A stretch of 64,000 nt of DNA from Nitrosopumilus sp. (GCA_965203315.1 OZ241857.1:800001-864000), one strand, 5' to 3'; numbered from the stretch's first letter, positions 51,747 through 62,664 are shown. Program-made: numbers and translations. The notes: a model not told the origin generated them from the letters alone.

Positions 51747-53198
51747 TCACTTGATCAGTTTAACAACAGCTGCATCAATACTAGATAGTGATCTATCAAT
51801 CTTGGATAATCGTCTTGTTGTCTCGGTACGTCGTCGCTTTATCTTGGACCGACGATCAGATATCATTCTCTTCTGTTCGGCATATCCAGATGAACCGTAT
51901 GAAGATCGTGCTTCGAGTGACGATTGAACTGTTGTCTTGGCGGTAATGCTGTGTACGAATTTTGGATCAATCTCGATATCACGTATAGCTGTTTGTATCT
52001 CTTGAATGTCTAGTTCAGAGATGAGACGAGTCCCTGCTTGTCTAACTAGTGCGCCTGCAATTTGGTGTGCGACTCGAAACGGCGCCTTGCCTTTTGTCAC
52101 TAACTCTTCTGCAATATCTAGTGCGATCAGATTACTAGACTCGGCTGCTGTCTTCATATTAGAGACGTTTACAGTCATCGATTTCAATAGACGATCAAAT
52201 ATCGGTATTGCGTCCAGAGCCACATTCGATGTACTCCAGATTGCAGGTTTGATCTGTTGTAGATCACGACCATAGCCGGTTGCGAGTCCTTTTAGGGTTC
52301 CCAGCATACCTGCAAGATCCCCGATCATCATTGACGTCTTGCCACGTGTTATCTCCAAGATATCCGGATTCTTCTTTTGTGGCATAACACTAGAAGGAGA
52401 TGTGAACTCGTCTGCAAGCTCTATGAACGAAAACTCTGATGTCGACCAAATTATGATATCTTCAGATATGCGACTGAGATTGGTCATCATTATCGATACA
52501 TCTGCAACATACTCTGCTACAAAGTCGCGATTACTAGTAGCGTCAATCGAGTTCTCTACGATTCCACCAAAGCCGAGCAGAGTTGTGGTCATCTCTCTAT
52601 CTATAGGAAGACTAGTTCCACCAACAGGTCCTGCGCCTAGAGGATTCCTGTTAACTCGATTAAATGTATCCGATAGTCGATCATAGTCACGTAGTACAGC
52701 ATCTAGACAAGATAGCAGATAGTGTGAAAAAAGTCCAGCTTGGGCCTGTTGTAGATGTGTATATAATGGCACAATACTCTTTTGATGCTCTTTGGCAAGA
52801 GATAGCAACGTATCAGCTAGATCCAATATTCTCTCACATACTCCAAGGATATCAGCACGAACCTTTAGTCGTATATCGAGTGCAACCTGATCATTCCTAG
52901 AGCGACCAGTATGTACTCGTCCTCCACTGGACATACCAGCGTGATCTATTACAGCTGATTCGACTGCTTCGTGGATATCTTCGAATTTTAGATCAATCTC
53001 TTGATGATCAATCTTGTCAAGTGCCACCAATATTGCTTTGGCGTCTACTCGATTCAAGAGCCTCTGCTTCAACAACATCAAGACATGTGCCTTTGTTCCA
53101 AGGATATCATAATGTATGATCTCTCGATCATCGCTTATCGAAGATAGGTAACGTAATGTAATATCATCTAGATCGCCAGAGAGTCGTGATCTGTACAT
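51747..53198 (-). CDS. argH: argininosuccinate lyase
   Basis: EDIHEA, HTGRSRNDQ, YTHLQQAQ, SSVMPQKKNPD. Confidence 0.95.
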   Translation of the reverse strand: MYRSRLSGDLDDITLRYLSSISDDREIIHYDILGTKAHVLMLLKQRLLNRVDAKAILVALDKIDHQEIDLKFEDIHEAVESAVIDHAGMSSGGRVHTGRSRNDQVALDIRLKVRADILGVCERILDLADTLLSLAKEHQKSIVPLYTHLQQAQAGLFSHYLLSCLDAVLRDYDRLSDTFNRVNRNPLGAGPVGGTSLPIDREMTTTLLGFGGIVENSIDATSNRDFVAEYVADVSIMMTNLSRISEDIIIWSTSEFSFIELADEFTSPSSVMPQKKNPDILEITRGKTSMMIGDLAGMLGTLKGLATGYGRDLQQIKPAIWSTSNVALDAIPIFDRLLKSMTVNVSNMKTAAESSNLIALDIAEELVTKGKAPFRVAHQIAGALVRQAGTRLISELDIQEIQTAIRDIEIDPKFVHSITAKTTVQSSLEARSSYGSSGYAEQKRMISDRRSKIKRRRTETTRRLSKIDRSLSSIDAAVVKLIK

Positions 53199-53248
53199 GT
53201 GTGGTGATTTGGCATGGTTATATATAGCGTAAACGATATTTTTGAGAC

Positions 53249-53569
53249 GTGAGTCAAGATATCAAGCAACTACGTGTAAAGCTCTTCGATGAACTATCAA
53301 AGATAGTCGATCCAGAGATAAACACATCGATTGTAGAACTAGAGTTGATAGACGAAGTTGATATCAATGGTAGTAATGTAAATGTCGATCTGCACCTAAC
53401 TAGTCCGTTCTGTCCAGCTGTGTTTGGATTCAAGATATGCCAAGATATTCATGACAATCTACTAAAGGTTGACGGAGTAGACGACGTAAAGGTAAACGTA
53501 TCAAATCACTTTATGGCAGAGCAGATAAACAATCAAGTGAATAATAGTCCCAATCCCAAAAAACCCTAG
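53249..53569 (+). CDS. metal-sulfur cluster assembly factor (DUF59/PaaD-like)
   Basis: VDPEI..IVELELI..LTSPFCP. Confidence 0.88.
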   Translation: MSQDIKQLRVKLFDELSKIVDPEINTSIVELELIDEVDINGSNVNVDLHLTSPFCPAVFGFKICQDIHDNLLKVDGVDDVKVNVSNHFMAEQINNQVNNSPNPKKP

Positions 53570-54330
53570 TCTTTGAAACCAAGTAAGTATCCACGCAGCA
53601 TCTGTATTCCCATGGCAGGATCTACCCCTTTTGGACATACCTGACTACATGATCCAGCAAAGTGACATCGCCAGATGCCATGTGACTCGTCGATAACTTT
53701 GAGCCTAGAGTCTCTGCCTTGATCTCTACTGTCTGCAACATATCGATATGCTTGAGCAAGAGCTTGAGGACCAACAAATAACGAGTCGGTGGTCATAGTA
53801 GGACATGCAGAGTTGCACAGTCCACATTTGATACAGTTTGCAAACTGGATATACTTTTCTAGCTCCTCCGGCGTCTGCCGAAACTCTGGTTCGTCGTGAT
53901 CCAGCTCGGTGTCATCACGTACAAGATATGGATGAATCTTTTGATGTGAGTCAAAGAGTCTTTCAAACCGTACTGCAAGATCACGAATTATCGGAAAGTT
54001 GTTCATAGGTTCTACTGTCACGGTATCAGTCCCAAGTTCGCTGATCTTTGTAAAACATGCAAGACGGGGTCTGCCGTTTATCATCATCCCACAAGATCCA
54101 CATGTTGCTTGTCTGCAAGAGTAACGTACAGCTATAGAGTGATCGAGATGTCGTTTTACTTCGAGTATGGCCTCCAGTACAGTAGTCCATCGCTCATAGG
54201 GTACGTCAAACTCGATAAACCCCGGTGACGAGTCAACGGATGGATTATACTTTGCGATTCGAAGTTTTACAATACTTTGTGGAGATAGATGAGTTGCCAT
54301 CTGCTCGTGTATAACATCTGATCGAGACAT
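53566..54330 (-). CDS. sdhB: succinate dehydrogenase Fe-S subunit
   Basis: SCRQATCGSCG, CIKCGLCNSACP, CHFAGSCSQVCP. Confidence 0.95.
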   Translation of the reverse strand: MSRSDVIHEQMATHLSPQSIVKLRIAKYNPSVDSSPGFIEFDVPYERWTTVLEAILEVKRHLDHSIAVRYSCRQATCGSCGMMINGRPRLACFTKISELGTDTVTVEPMNNFPIIRDLAVRFERLFDSHQKIHPYLVRDDTELDHDEPEFRQTPEELEKYIQFANCIKCGLCNSACPTMTTDSLFVGPQALAQAYRYVADSRDQGRDSRLKVIDESHGIWRCHFAGSCSQVCPKGVDPAMGIQMLRGYLLGFKD

Positions 54331-54331
54331 A

Positions 54332-54688
54332 TCATACCATCCCCATATTTGTCATAATAATCGTTCGTGAACCATATGCGATCAAACCAAACATAGCCGC
54401 AAGACATCCATAGGATACTGCACGTTCGTACGTTCTACCTTGTTTGAGTTCGAGTAGTATTACACGTAGTCCATTAAACCCATGAATTGATAATAGTATC
54501 AGTATCAGCTCGAGCATTATAGCATACGGAATGAATCTATAGTTTGCAAGTACAGTCTCATACTCTAGAGATTCAGCAAAACTCGTTGTGACTCTCATCA
54601 ACACATGTACTGCCACTAGAGCCACTGCAGCTATTGCAGTGCCATAGTGAATCTTCATTATTGTACTCTCTCTCATATTACTCACCAA
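54332..54688 (-). CDS. sdhD: succinate dehydrogenase membrane anchor
   Basis: TM helices, HGFNGLR; operon context. Confidence 0.85.
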   Translation of the reverse strand: MVSNMRESTIMKIHYGTAIAAVALVAVHVLMRVTTSFAESLEYETVLANYRFIPYAIMLELILILLSIHGFNGLRVILLELKQGRTYERAVSYGCLAAMFGLIAYGSRTIIMTNMGMV

Positions 54689-55109
54689 ACATTACTGCCA
54701 AACCGTACATCATTGCAACAGCAGCAAGAACTATTGCCGAATATATCCCAATCTTGTGTTTATAGTTCTGTGATGCAGGTTTGTATGGATAGTCAGGTCT
54801 AGATGGTCGTCCTACACCTATGCCACCGTGTCCAAGCATCACTCGAATACCATTTACAGTATGAAAGACACACATCCCAATCACGATTGCAAGTAGTATA
54901 TGACCTTCGGTAGTCTGTGTCAATGCCAAAAACTCATCCCAACCAGCTTTACCACGTAGTATAGTACTGGTCTCATAGATATGACCAATAAAGTATGCAA
55001 GCAGACCTAGTCCACTAAGTCGCATAAGCCAATAGGCAACTCGTTCTATACCATATCGACGAGGATTGATCATTCCGCCAATGCCTTCTCTGTTCTCATC
55101 TTGTGCCAT
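54678..55109 (-). CDS. sdhC: succinate dehydrogenase cytochrome b subunit
   Basis: RLSGL..H, FHTVNGIR; operon context. Confidence 0.85.
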   Translation of the reverse strand: MAQDENREGIGGMINPRRYGIERVAYWLMRLSGLGLLAYFIGHIYETSTILRGKAGWDEFLALTQTTEGHILLAIVIGMCVFHTVNGIRVMLGHGGIGVGRPSRPDYPYKPASQNYKHKIGIYSAIVLAAVAMMYGLAVMFGE

Positions 55110-56822
55110 CTAGTATCTCCTCTCTACAGGTTGATAGTTTGTAATTGTTACGGGAAATGTTCTCATTATGGGTTCAGCAGGATCATAGTATGCTAGTGTG
55201 TGGTGTAGAAAGTGGGCATCATCACGCCTCGGATAGTCTGTTCGTGAATGAGCTCCACGTGACTCTCGACGATTTATTGCTCCTATCAGTATGATCTCTG
55301 CTACACGAAACATCGAATCAAGTTCCATGACATGTACAAAGTTGGTATTGTACTCTTTTGCTTTATCGTCTACATGCTTCCACGTCTGATCTCGTAGGTC
55401 ACGAACTTGTTTGAGACCGTCGACTAGATCGGTCCCGTTTCTATACACATATGCCTTCTCGTTCATGATATCGGTTAGAGTCTGACGTATCTCGTATGGG
55501 TTTGCGCCACCGTTTCCACGAAATATCTCATCATATATGCGTGACTCTTCTGCGGCAACCAAATGGTATGGCCATGGACTCTCTGGTACTCCTTTGGCAA
55601 TATAATCAACTGCGAGCTCGCCTGTTATTCTTCCCCATACGATACACTCGGATGTCGAGTTTGCTCCAAGTCGGTTTGAACCATGAACGCTGTTACATGC
55701 AGCTTCGCCTGCAGCCCAAACTCCTTGAATCTCAGTTGCTCCTTCGATATCTGTGTGTAGACCGCCCATCATATAGTGACATACAGGTCTAATATCCAAC
55801 AGATCTTGAGCTGGATCGATGCCAGAGAACTTTATCGATATCTCACGAATTCCGCCCAGTTTTTCTTTGATCTTTTCGTCACCAAGATGACGTAGATCTA
55901 GCTTCATACAATCAACGCCAGTCTCATGTTTGAATCCTCGACCCTCTTGGATCTCGGTCATTATCGAACGAGACACTATATCTCGCGGTGCTAGTTCCAT
56001 CTTTTCTGCGGCATAGTTCTTCATGAACCGCTCGCCTTGATTGTTAAGTAGATAACCACCCTCACCTCTAGCACCTTCTGTGATCAAAATTCCTGAAGGG
56101 AGTATACCAGTAGGATGAAACTGTACAAACTCCATGTCTTTGAGTGCCATACCAGCACGTAGTCCCATATCTAGTCCGTCAGGTGTAGATGATAACGCAT
56201 ATGTTGAAAAGCTGTACAATCTACCAGCTCCGCCAGTAGCGATGATTAGCGCCTTTGCCTTTATAGTATAAAATGTTCCAGAGCCGAGCTCGATCGCAGT
56301 AACGCCCATAAATCGTCGACCATCATGAATTATTGATGTTACGAACCATTCGTTGAGATATTCGATATTATCAAACTTTTGACATGTATCATACAAGGTC
56401 TGCATCTCAAAGAACCCAACCTTGTCAGAGGCATATGTGGCTCGCGGAAAACTATATCCACCAAAGTTGCGCTGATCGATCCTGCCGTTCTCTCTACGAG
56501 ACCAAGGCATTCCCCAATGTTCTAATTGATGGATCTCTTTTGGCATCTCGACGCATAAACGCTCTGCGACATCTTGATCTGCAAGAAAGTCACTGCCCTT
56601 TACAGTGTCATATATGTGAGACTCTATAGTATCACCCTCATCCTCAAACAGTACAGCAGCTGTTCCCCCTTCAGCAGATACAGAGTGAGAACGCATTACT
56701 TGAAGTTTTGATACTATTGCAATTCGGAGACCCGCACCACGTTTTGCAGCAGCGATTGCTGCGCGTAATCCAGCTAGGCCGGATCCACATATTACCAGAT
56801 CAAACTCGATAGACTCTACCAT
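55110..56822 (-). CDS. sdhA: succinate dehydrogenase flavoprotein subunit
   Basis: GSGLAG, RSHSVSAEGG, QFHPT, HGSNRLGANS. Confidence 0.96.
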   Translation of the reverse strand: MVESIEFDLVICGSGLAGLRAAIAAAKRGAGLRIAIVSKLQVMRSHSVSAEGGTAAVLFEDEGDTIESHIYDTVKGSDFLADQDVAERLCVEMPKEIHQLEHWGMPWSRRENGRIDQRNFGGYSFPRATYASDKVGFFEMQTLYDTCQKFDNIEYLNEWFVTSIIHDGRRFMGVTAIELGSGTFYTIKAKALIIATGGAGRLYSFSTYALSSTPDGLDMGLRAGMALKDMEFVQFHPTGILPSGILITEGARGEGGYLLNNQGERFMKNYAAEKMELAPRDIVSRSIMTEIQEGRGFKHETGVDCMKLDLRHLGDEKIKEKLGGIREISIKFSGIDPAQDLLDIRPVCHYMMGGLHTDIEGATEIQGVWAAGEAACNSVHGSNRLGANSTSECIVWGRITGELAVDYIAKGVPESPWPYHLVAAEESRIYDEIFRGNGGANPYEIRQTLTDIMNEKAYVYRNGTDLVDGLKQVRDLRDQTWKHVDDKAKEYNTNFVHVMELDSMFRVAEIILIGAINRRESRGAHSRTDYPRRDDAHFLHHTLAYYDPAEPIMRTFPVTITNYQPVERRY

Positions 56823-56908
56823 TAGTTCAAGAGTTGTTTAGAGTGGGTTAAATATGTAATAAACGATTATGCGCAAGACAGAAATATATCGCTAGCGATA
56901 CAAGACGT

Positions 56909-57406
56909 ATGCACCAAAGATGGTTTCAGCAAGTCGGAAGTGCAGTTCCTCGTGGCTTTTCTAGATACTATATACTAGAGTCACTAAAGGACGAGTCGCT
57001 ATCTGGTAAAGAGATCATAGATCATGCGACAAGACAGACTAGTGGTGTATGGAAACCATCGTCAGGACTGATCTATCCGTTGCTAGGCAGACTCTTGGAT
57101 GAGGGATTGATAGAAGAGTTAGATGGCAAGTATTCGCTTACAGCAAAGGGAAGAGAGATGTCCCAAGATGTTGAAAAGCTAGAAGAGATTGTAAGGCACC
57201 AGCTAGATGTCTTGTTTAGGTTGAGTAGTGTCGGAAGATTTGTCGCGACGGATATACTAGAGAGGATATCTGCAATGGGTGCAATTCTTGGTGCAAATAT
57301 AGAAAAGATGAGCGAGGCTGAAACTGAAAAGTATCGACAGTTTCTCAGATCAGAGCTTGAAAAGATCCAAGATAAACCACAAGGTAAAAAGATCAAACTA
57401 GACTAG
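56909..57406 (+). CDS. PadR-family transcriptional regulator
   Basis: WKPSSGLIYPLLGRL..Y.LT.KG. Confidence 0.85.
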   Translation: MHQRWFQQVGSAVPRGFSRYYILESLKDESLSGKEIIDHATRQTSGVWKPSSGLIYPLLGRLLDEGLIEELDGKYSLTAKGREMSQDVEKLEEIVRHQLDVLFRLSSVGRFVATDILERISAMGAILGANIEKMSEAETEKYRQFLRSELEKIQDKPQGKKIKLD

Positions 57407-57743
57407 ATTTCACGCAATAGACATGTGTGTTTTTCCAAGACATTACAATACTCTGTCATTGTTCAGTAAACGTCATGTAATCAAGAATTTGCTGTACGAC
57501 TAACCCGTTCGGTCGATTTTTACCTATAGAATCTTTGATCACAATAGCGATCAGGAATAACTGTTTGTATGTGCATTGCCCAAATAAAACCTTACCAAAA
57601 TATTGGGTTGATTTGCTCAAAAACACATTTGGATCAACTAATTTACATCTGCATTCTAGTAAATTTTTCAGGAATTTATGTACATTGTCAATACATGTCA
57701 AGCTAAAAACTGTAAGAGAAAAGAGACATGAGCGTCTACTCAC

Positions 57744-57782
57744 AATACAAGCTTTAGATAGAAACATCAATAACATGAATAA
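57744..57782 (+). repeat. S-layer cassette 2 left inverted-repeat site (TATA-less), overlapping the ATG
   Basis: AGAAACATCAATAACATGAATAA (57760-57782) is the exact reverse complement of 62917-62939. Confidence 0.9.
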
Positions 57783-60700
57783 CGAAATAGGACGAAAAAC
57801 AACTAGTTTAATACTAATGACGATAATGGTCGCAGGCGGACTGACCTTTGCTATACCAAGCATGGAGCCAGTCTATGCCCAGTCGACACCAAATCTATAC
57901 GTCTCAGCTGCTGATCCAAATGGCTATGGCGCTAGATTCGACAACACCTTTGGTGGACTACAGATAGTAGAAGTTATCGTAACTGATCCACTATTGACTG
58001 ATTCAACTGATGCTGCGCCTCGTGTCACAGTAGATGACGTGACACTCACCATGTTACAATCTGGTGATGGTTCTTGGTATGGCTACTTTGCAGACAAAGG
58101 ACAAGGTACAGAAGACAACACTGCCGCACAACAGCCATTTAACGGAAACATAGATTGGGATAACTTGAGCGTTAATCAACCAAACAACAAAGGCAAATTT
58201 GACAATCGGGACAAAATCGAAGAATCTCCAAAAGTTTGGAAGGCACGCAATGCTACCGAACCACTCATAGTAGATACTAACACCGGTATCGCATACTTTG
58301 ATTTTAATGATAAGGATGAGGTCAAAGTAGTCTATCAAAAGGCTGGAAATCCTCAAACAGTAACACTCACATATGACAAGTCTAAAAACAACTCTATCGA
58401 GCTTGATCGAGACTTTTACACACAAGGAGCAAATGTATACATCACAATCACTGATCATGTGCTAAACATAGATCCTACATCCAAAGACAAATGGTTCTTC
58501 CACATGTATGATCTCAACGATACGGAACATGATGGAGAATATAGTACTCTGATTCCTAGTAACTTTGATGAGACAATGACTCTAAGTCGTGAATCAACTA
58601 GTGAGATATTGAAATCTAATGGTGATCCACAACCATATTGGTTCTATTACCACTACTCATCACTTGGTTGTGATGATAACTGTCTACTCAATATACCAAT
58701 GGGCGATACGGAAAACATAATCAACTATATGCCACAACCAGATTCTGATGCAATAGATGCAAAAGTTATTGGATTCATCGAGACGGGACCAAACACCGGC
58801 ATCTTTGAAATACGAGAACAAGATAGCAATAATGACGGTGTTAATGACTTTGGAGCAGTAAAGATCAAATCAGGCGCACCACGAGGAACAAACACACAGA
58901 TCACATACGATGACGACAATGTAGCCGTAAACCTACGACTAACTACTGCTACTGTAGATCTAGATGTATCCGACGGTACATGGAACTCTGGCGAAAAGAT
59001 AGACCTAACCATAGTCGATGCAGATCAAAACAAAGACAGTGATGCAGAAGACGATCAAACAATAGACAATCTAGACGCAAGGATTCCAACAATGATCATA
59101 GGTGATCCATACACACTAGCCGATGACCACAAGATGTCTGGTAATGTGAAAAATCCTAATTACCTCTTGCTAGGACCCGGCTTAGATCCAACGACATTTG
59201 CCAGTGCTAGCCAGATAGCTACCGGGCCAATGATGATGGATGATACACATCAACTAGGCACAATCAAAGTCAGCGGTTCCAATGACTTGACAACCAATAC
59301 TAATGGTAAAACCGGATATATGGTTATGGTTCTTGGATTCCTTGATGAATACCAAGCAGCAATGAGTCTACAAGATGACTTTGTAGGTGTAAATCTACTA
59401 AACTATGACTTTAGTAGTCTCGGTGCTACCAAGTACTGGCTCACGATGTATTCTTTCCCTTCAACGTCTCCTAAATATAATGTGGAGTTGGATAGTGATG
59501 GAGTAGGTGTATTCAATCTTGCAACAGATATGTCTCTCGCTACGAACTCTTCGATAAAGGCACAAGCAAGCGATAAAGGTCTAGCTAATCTAGGTACATA
59601 TAGAATTGCGGTCACTGCAGAATTTACAAGTACATTTGATGTAAGCAAGACATATCCAGTAGCCGCAGACGTCTTTAGCATTGGATTCACGGGTGACGGC
59701 GCACAGGCCTCTGAACGTATCAACAATCAGATAATACGAATCGAAGTAGAAGAGACCGGTGAGAACACCAGCACCTTTACAGGAACACTAGAGTACATAA
59801 TGATAAACCAACTCAACGTAAACAATCCAGATACATACAAAGACATCACTCCAATAGGCAACGAAGTCAAATTCATAGCCTTTGAGGATATGACAGGCTC
59901 TGACGCGCGAGTAAACTATGCCGACATTAACTCAAATGGCAACAATGCTACAGTCTCCGACCAACAAGATATCGCAACCTCTAGTGGTGTGGTATCTCTA
60001 AACGCAGAGACATACAGTGTAGGTAGTAATGTCGTAATCACACTAGAAGACTCTGATCTAAATACAGATCCTGATCGAGCTGATACATATACTGTCGTAA
60101 CACGAAACATGACTGGTGGAACCACGAACATTGGTAAGGACATGGACCAAGTGGGCATCGATGTCATGTCCAAGTATGAGACTCTACTACCAGGTAAGAA
60201 ATCACTAGGAATGCTACTCGAAGTAACCTTTGATGGTAAGAGATGGCAATCTGGTTGTACTCTGTCTGATGGAGTTCAGAACGGACTCGGCGAAACAGGA
60301 TTCACTCTACAAGAGACCGGATCCAGTACAGGAGTCTTTACAGGTTCATTTTCTGTACCAAAAGAGGTATGCAACTTTAATGATGATGGTAGTGTAAACA
60401 CGAACGAATCTAAAATAACTGTAAGCGGCAAAGACATTGGTGTAACATATCTAGACTTTAGAGATGCATCTGGTCAGATAGTTACAGCGGGCGACTCTGC
60501 ATCGATTGGTGCAAGTACAGGCTCTGTATCTCTAGATAGAACTGTATATCCAGTTCCGTATGGTCAGGGTACAACAACTGGTTCAAGAGCCCTAGACATG
60601 GCCGGAGCAAATCTTGCAGGCGGTACAGTCAAAGTCTATGTTCAAGTAAACGACCCAGATTACAACTTGAATCCTACAGGTGAGGACAAGATCGAAGACG

Positions 60701-62658
60701 AGGATGGAAATGGTCCAGTAAAGGTCACGATCTCTCGCAGTGGTGACGAGTGTCTAATAGGTAATGCAGGCGGTACTAGATCAGTTGCAACCGACGAGAT
60801 CAGTAGATTGTTAGAAGATCGAAATACAAAGAAAGCTAGCTATGATGCAGACAAGACAAACACCGACAAACAGACAGCATATCTCTTGGCACAACTAAAG
60901 TATGATGATGCTAGAAGTACAGGTGGTGCATGTCCGGTTCCAGAACCGTTTGGTGCTCTAACAGAGACATCTCCCGAATCTGGAGTGTTCGAAGTAAGCT
61001 TTGATCTATCTCACAGCATAGGACCAAGCAGTACCGACTGTCCAAATGATGATAACTGTATCCTACAAGGTGATATCCTCACCGTACAGTACAACGACAC
61101 TACAGACGCTTCTGGTAATCAACGCACAGTCACAGACTCTGCTACCTTTGATCTACGAAACGGTGCTCTACAGACAGACAAGTCTGTATATGTTATAGGC
61201 TCGGACATGATCGTAACACTCATCGATCCAGACCTTGATCTAGACAGCGGTACACGTGAAACATATACACTTGATCTGATAAAGTGGGACTCGGACGCAG
61301 GTACCAAAAACCTGAGTGAAGGTATATTCGATGCAGAACCAGGTTCTCTACGAGAGACTGGTCCTAGCACAGGCATATTCCAAGTGGTCATATCTGTTCC
61401 AAAAGCTATAGACAGCGACAGACTAGAGCGTGGTGAAGAGATCAAGCTAGAATACACAGACTATGGACCATCAGGTGCAGACTATGTAGGTGATAATACA
61501 GAAGATATCGACAGAACGGTATTCACATCAAACTTTGGTGCTACAATAGAACTAGATCAAAGCGTATACAGTTGGACCGACAAGGTATTCATTACTGTAA
61601 CAGCTCCTGATCACAACCTAAACACAAACCAAGTAGACGAGATTGGTGCTGATCCATATCCGGTACGTGTTGCTACAAGATCCGACGACATTAAAAACTA
61701 CAAACTCGTAGAGACAGGTACAAACACTGGTATCTTTACAGGTGAAGTAATACTGACAGGATTCTCGTACGACGCAGACGGTGATGATTCCACAGGAGAA
61801 AACGGTAAAGACGTCACAGGTCGTACATGTGATAGCTGTAAAGGACCAACCGATGGACTATTACCAACAGACAACGACGACGGACTCGAGGTATCATTCG
61901 AGTTCTCTGACGACGAGACTGTTCGCAAGTCTGCTCTAATCCGTTGGAACATTGGTGAGGTTCAGTGGCTAGAAGCAAGTTATCCTGCTACAGCTACAGG
62001 CGTACTACGTGTAATCGATCCCGACATGAACTTGAATCCAGAATCTGCAGACAATTTTGAGGTCAAAGTATGGTCTTCTAGTGCACCTAGTGGAATAACC
62101 CTTACAGTAACAGAGACTCAGCCAGCAAGTGGTATCTTTGAAGGTACTGTATTCTTTGGACTCTCTGTCCAATCAGGTGGTCACAAACTATCCACAGAAG
62201 AAGGAGACACAGTCACTGCAAAGTACAGCGACAACACTCTACCTGCTCCGTACAATACAGGCGACTCTGAAGACATCACTGCAACCACCATAATAGGAAC
62301 AATAGTACCTCCTCTAGAACGAGTAAAGATCGAGTCATTGAGAATAGTAGACTCTACAGGTACAACACTCAGTACAGTATCAATAGATCAACAAGTCCAG
62401 ATCACTGCAGATTTGACAAACACACAAGACAAAGACCAGCCATTTGCATACTTGGTACAAATACAAGATAGCGATGGCGTAACGGTATCTCTGTCTTGGA
62501 TTGATGGTTCACTAACACCATCTCAGTCGTTTAGTCCATCTCAGTCGTGGATACCAACTGCATCCGGTGAATACACAATTACCGTATTTGCATGGGAGTC
62601 GTTGACTATACCAACTGCACTATCTCCACAACAGACAACAACAATAACTGTAAACTAG
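57775..62658 (+). CDS. slaA: S-layer protein (SlaA type), copy 2, no promoter upstream in this orientation
   Basis: true start MNNEIGRK at 57775; first 149 bp identical and 3' ~1.5 kb near-identical to copy 1. Confidence 0.88.
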   Translation: MNNEIGRKTTSLILMTIMVAGGLTFAIPSMEPVYAQSTPNLYVSAADPNGYGARFDNTFGGLQIVEVIVTDPLLTDSTDAAPRVTVDDVTLTMLQSGDGSWYGYFADKGQGTEDNTAAQQPFNGNIDWDNLSVNQPNNKGKFDNRDKIEESPKVWKARNATEPLIVDTNTGIAYFDFNDKDEVKVVYQKAGNPQTVTLTYDKSKNNSIELDRDFYTQGANVYITITDHVLNIDPTSKDKWFFHMYDLNDTEHDGEYSTLIPSNFDETMTLSRESTSEILKSNGDPQPYWFYYHYSSLGCDDNCLLNIPMGDTENIINYMPQPDSDAIDAKVIGFIETGPNTGIFEIREQDSNNDGVNDFGAVKIKSGAPRGTNTQITYDDDNVAVNLRLTTATVDLDVSDGTWNSGEKIDLTIVDADQNKDSDAEDDQTIDNLDARIPTMIIGDPYTLADDHKMSGNVKNPNYLLLGPGLDPTTFASASQIATGPMMMDDTHQLGTIKVSGSNDLTTNTNGKTGYMVMVLGFLDEYQAAMSLQDDFVGVNLLNYDFSSLGATKYWLTMYSFPSTSPKYNVELDSDGVGVFNLATDMSLATNSSIKAQASDKGLANLGTYRIAVTAEFTSTFDVSKTYPVAADVFSIGFTGDGAQASERINNQIIRIEVEETGENTSTFTGTLEYIMINQLNVNNPDTYKDITPIGNEVKFIAFEDMTGSDARVNYADINSNGNNATVSDQQDIATSSGVVSLNAETYSVGSNVVITLEDSDLNTDPDRADTYTVVTRNMTGGTTNIGKDMDQVGIDVMSKYETLLPGKKSLGMLLEVTFDGKRWQSGCTLSDGVQNGLGETGFTLQETGSSTGVFTGSFSVPKEVCNFNDDGSVNTNESKITVSGKDIGVTYLDFRDASGQIVTAGDSASIGASTGSVSLDRTVYPVPYGQGTTTGSRALDMAGANLAGGTVKVYVQVNDPDYNLNPTGEDKIEDEDGNGPVKVTISRSGDECLIGNAGGTRSVATDEISRLLEDRNTKKASYDADKTNTDKQTAYLLAQLKYDDARSTGGACPVPEPFGALTETSPESGVFEVSFDLSHSIGPSSTDCPNDDNCILQGDILTVQYNDTTDASGNQRTVTDSATFDLRNGALQTDKSVYVIGSDMIVTLIDPDLDLDSGTRETYTLDLIKWDSDAGTKNLSEGIFDAEPGSLRETGPSTGIFQVVISVPKAIDSDRLERGEEIKLEYTDYGPSGADYVGDNTEDIDRTVFTSNFGATIELDQSVYSWTDKVFITVTAPDHNLNTNQVDEIGADPYPVRVATRSDDIKNYKLVETGTNTGIFTGEVILTGFSYDADGDDSTGENGKDVTGRTCDSCKGPTDGLLPTDNDDGLEVSFEFSDDETVRKSALIRWNIGEVQWLEASYPATATGVLRVIDPDMNLNPESADNFEVKVWSSSAPSGITLTVTETQPASGIFEGTVFFGLSVQSGGHKLSTEEGDTVTAKYSDNTLPAPYNTGDSEDITATTIIGTIVPPLERVKIESLRIVDSTGTTLSTVSIDQQVQITADLTNTQDKDQPFAYLVQIQDSDGVTVSLSWIDGSLTPSQSFSPSQSWIPTASGEYTITVFAWESLTIPTALSPQQTTTITVN

Positions 62659-62664
62659 TTCAAA

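Noticed and set aside
57535-57774. 80-aa N-terminal extension of slaA copy 2 in the ORF track
   Set aside because: Homology with copy 1 and the signal peptide begin at ATG 57775; the extension is chance open frame across the repeat site.
805-61952. Numerous 60-160 aa antisense or overlapping ORFs in the track
   Set aside because: Shadows of well-supported genes on the opposite strand or in another frame, with no motifs of their own.
26227-62658. The two slaA copies as an assembly duplication artefact
   Set aside because: The N-terminal halves and 3' flanks are clearly diverged with indels, and the repeat sites have cassette-specific bases.
26227-62658. Diversity-generating retroelement acting on slaA or the repeat proteins
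   Set aside because: No reverse transcriptase in the window, and the differences are block-wise with indels, not adenine-specific.
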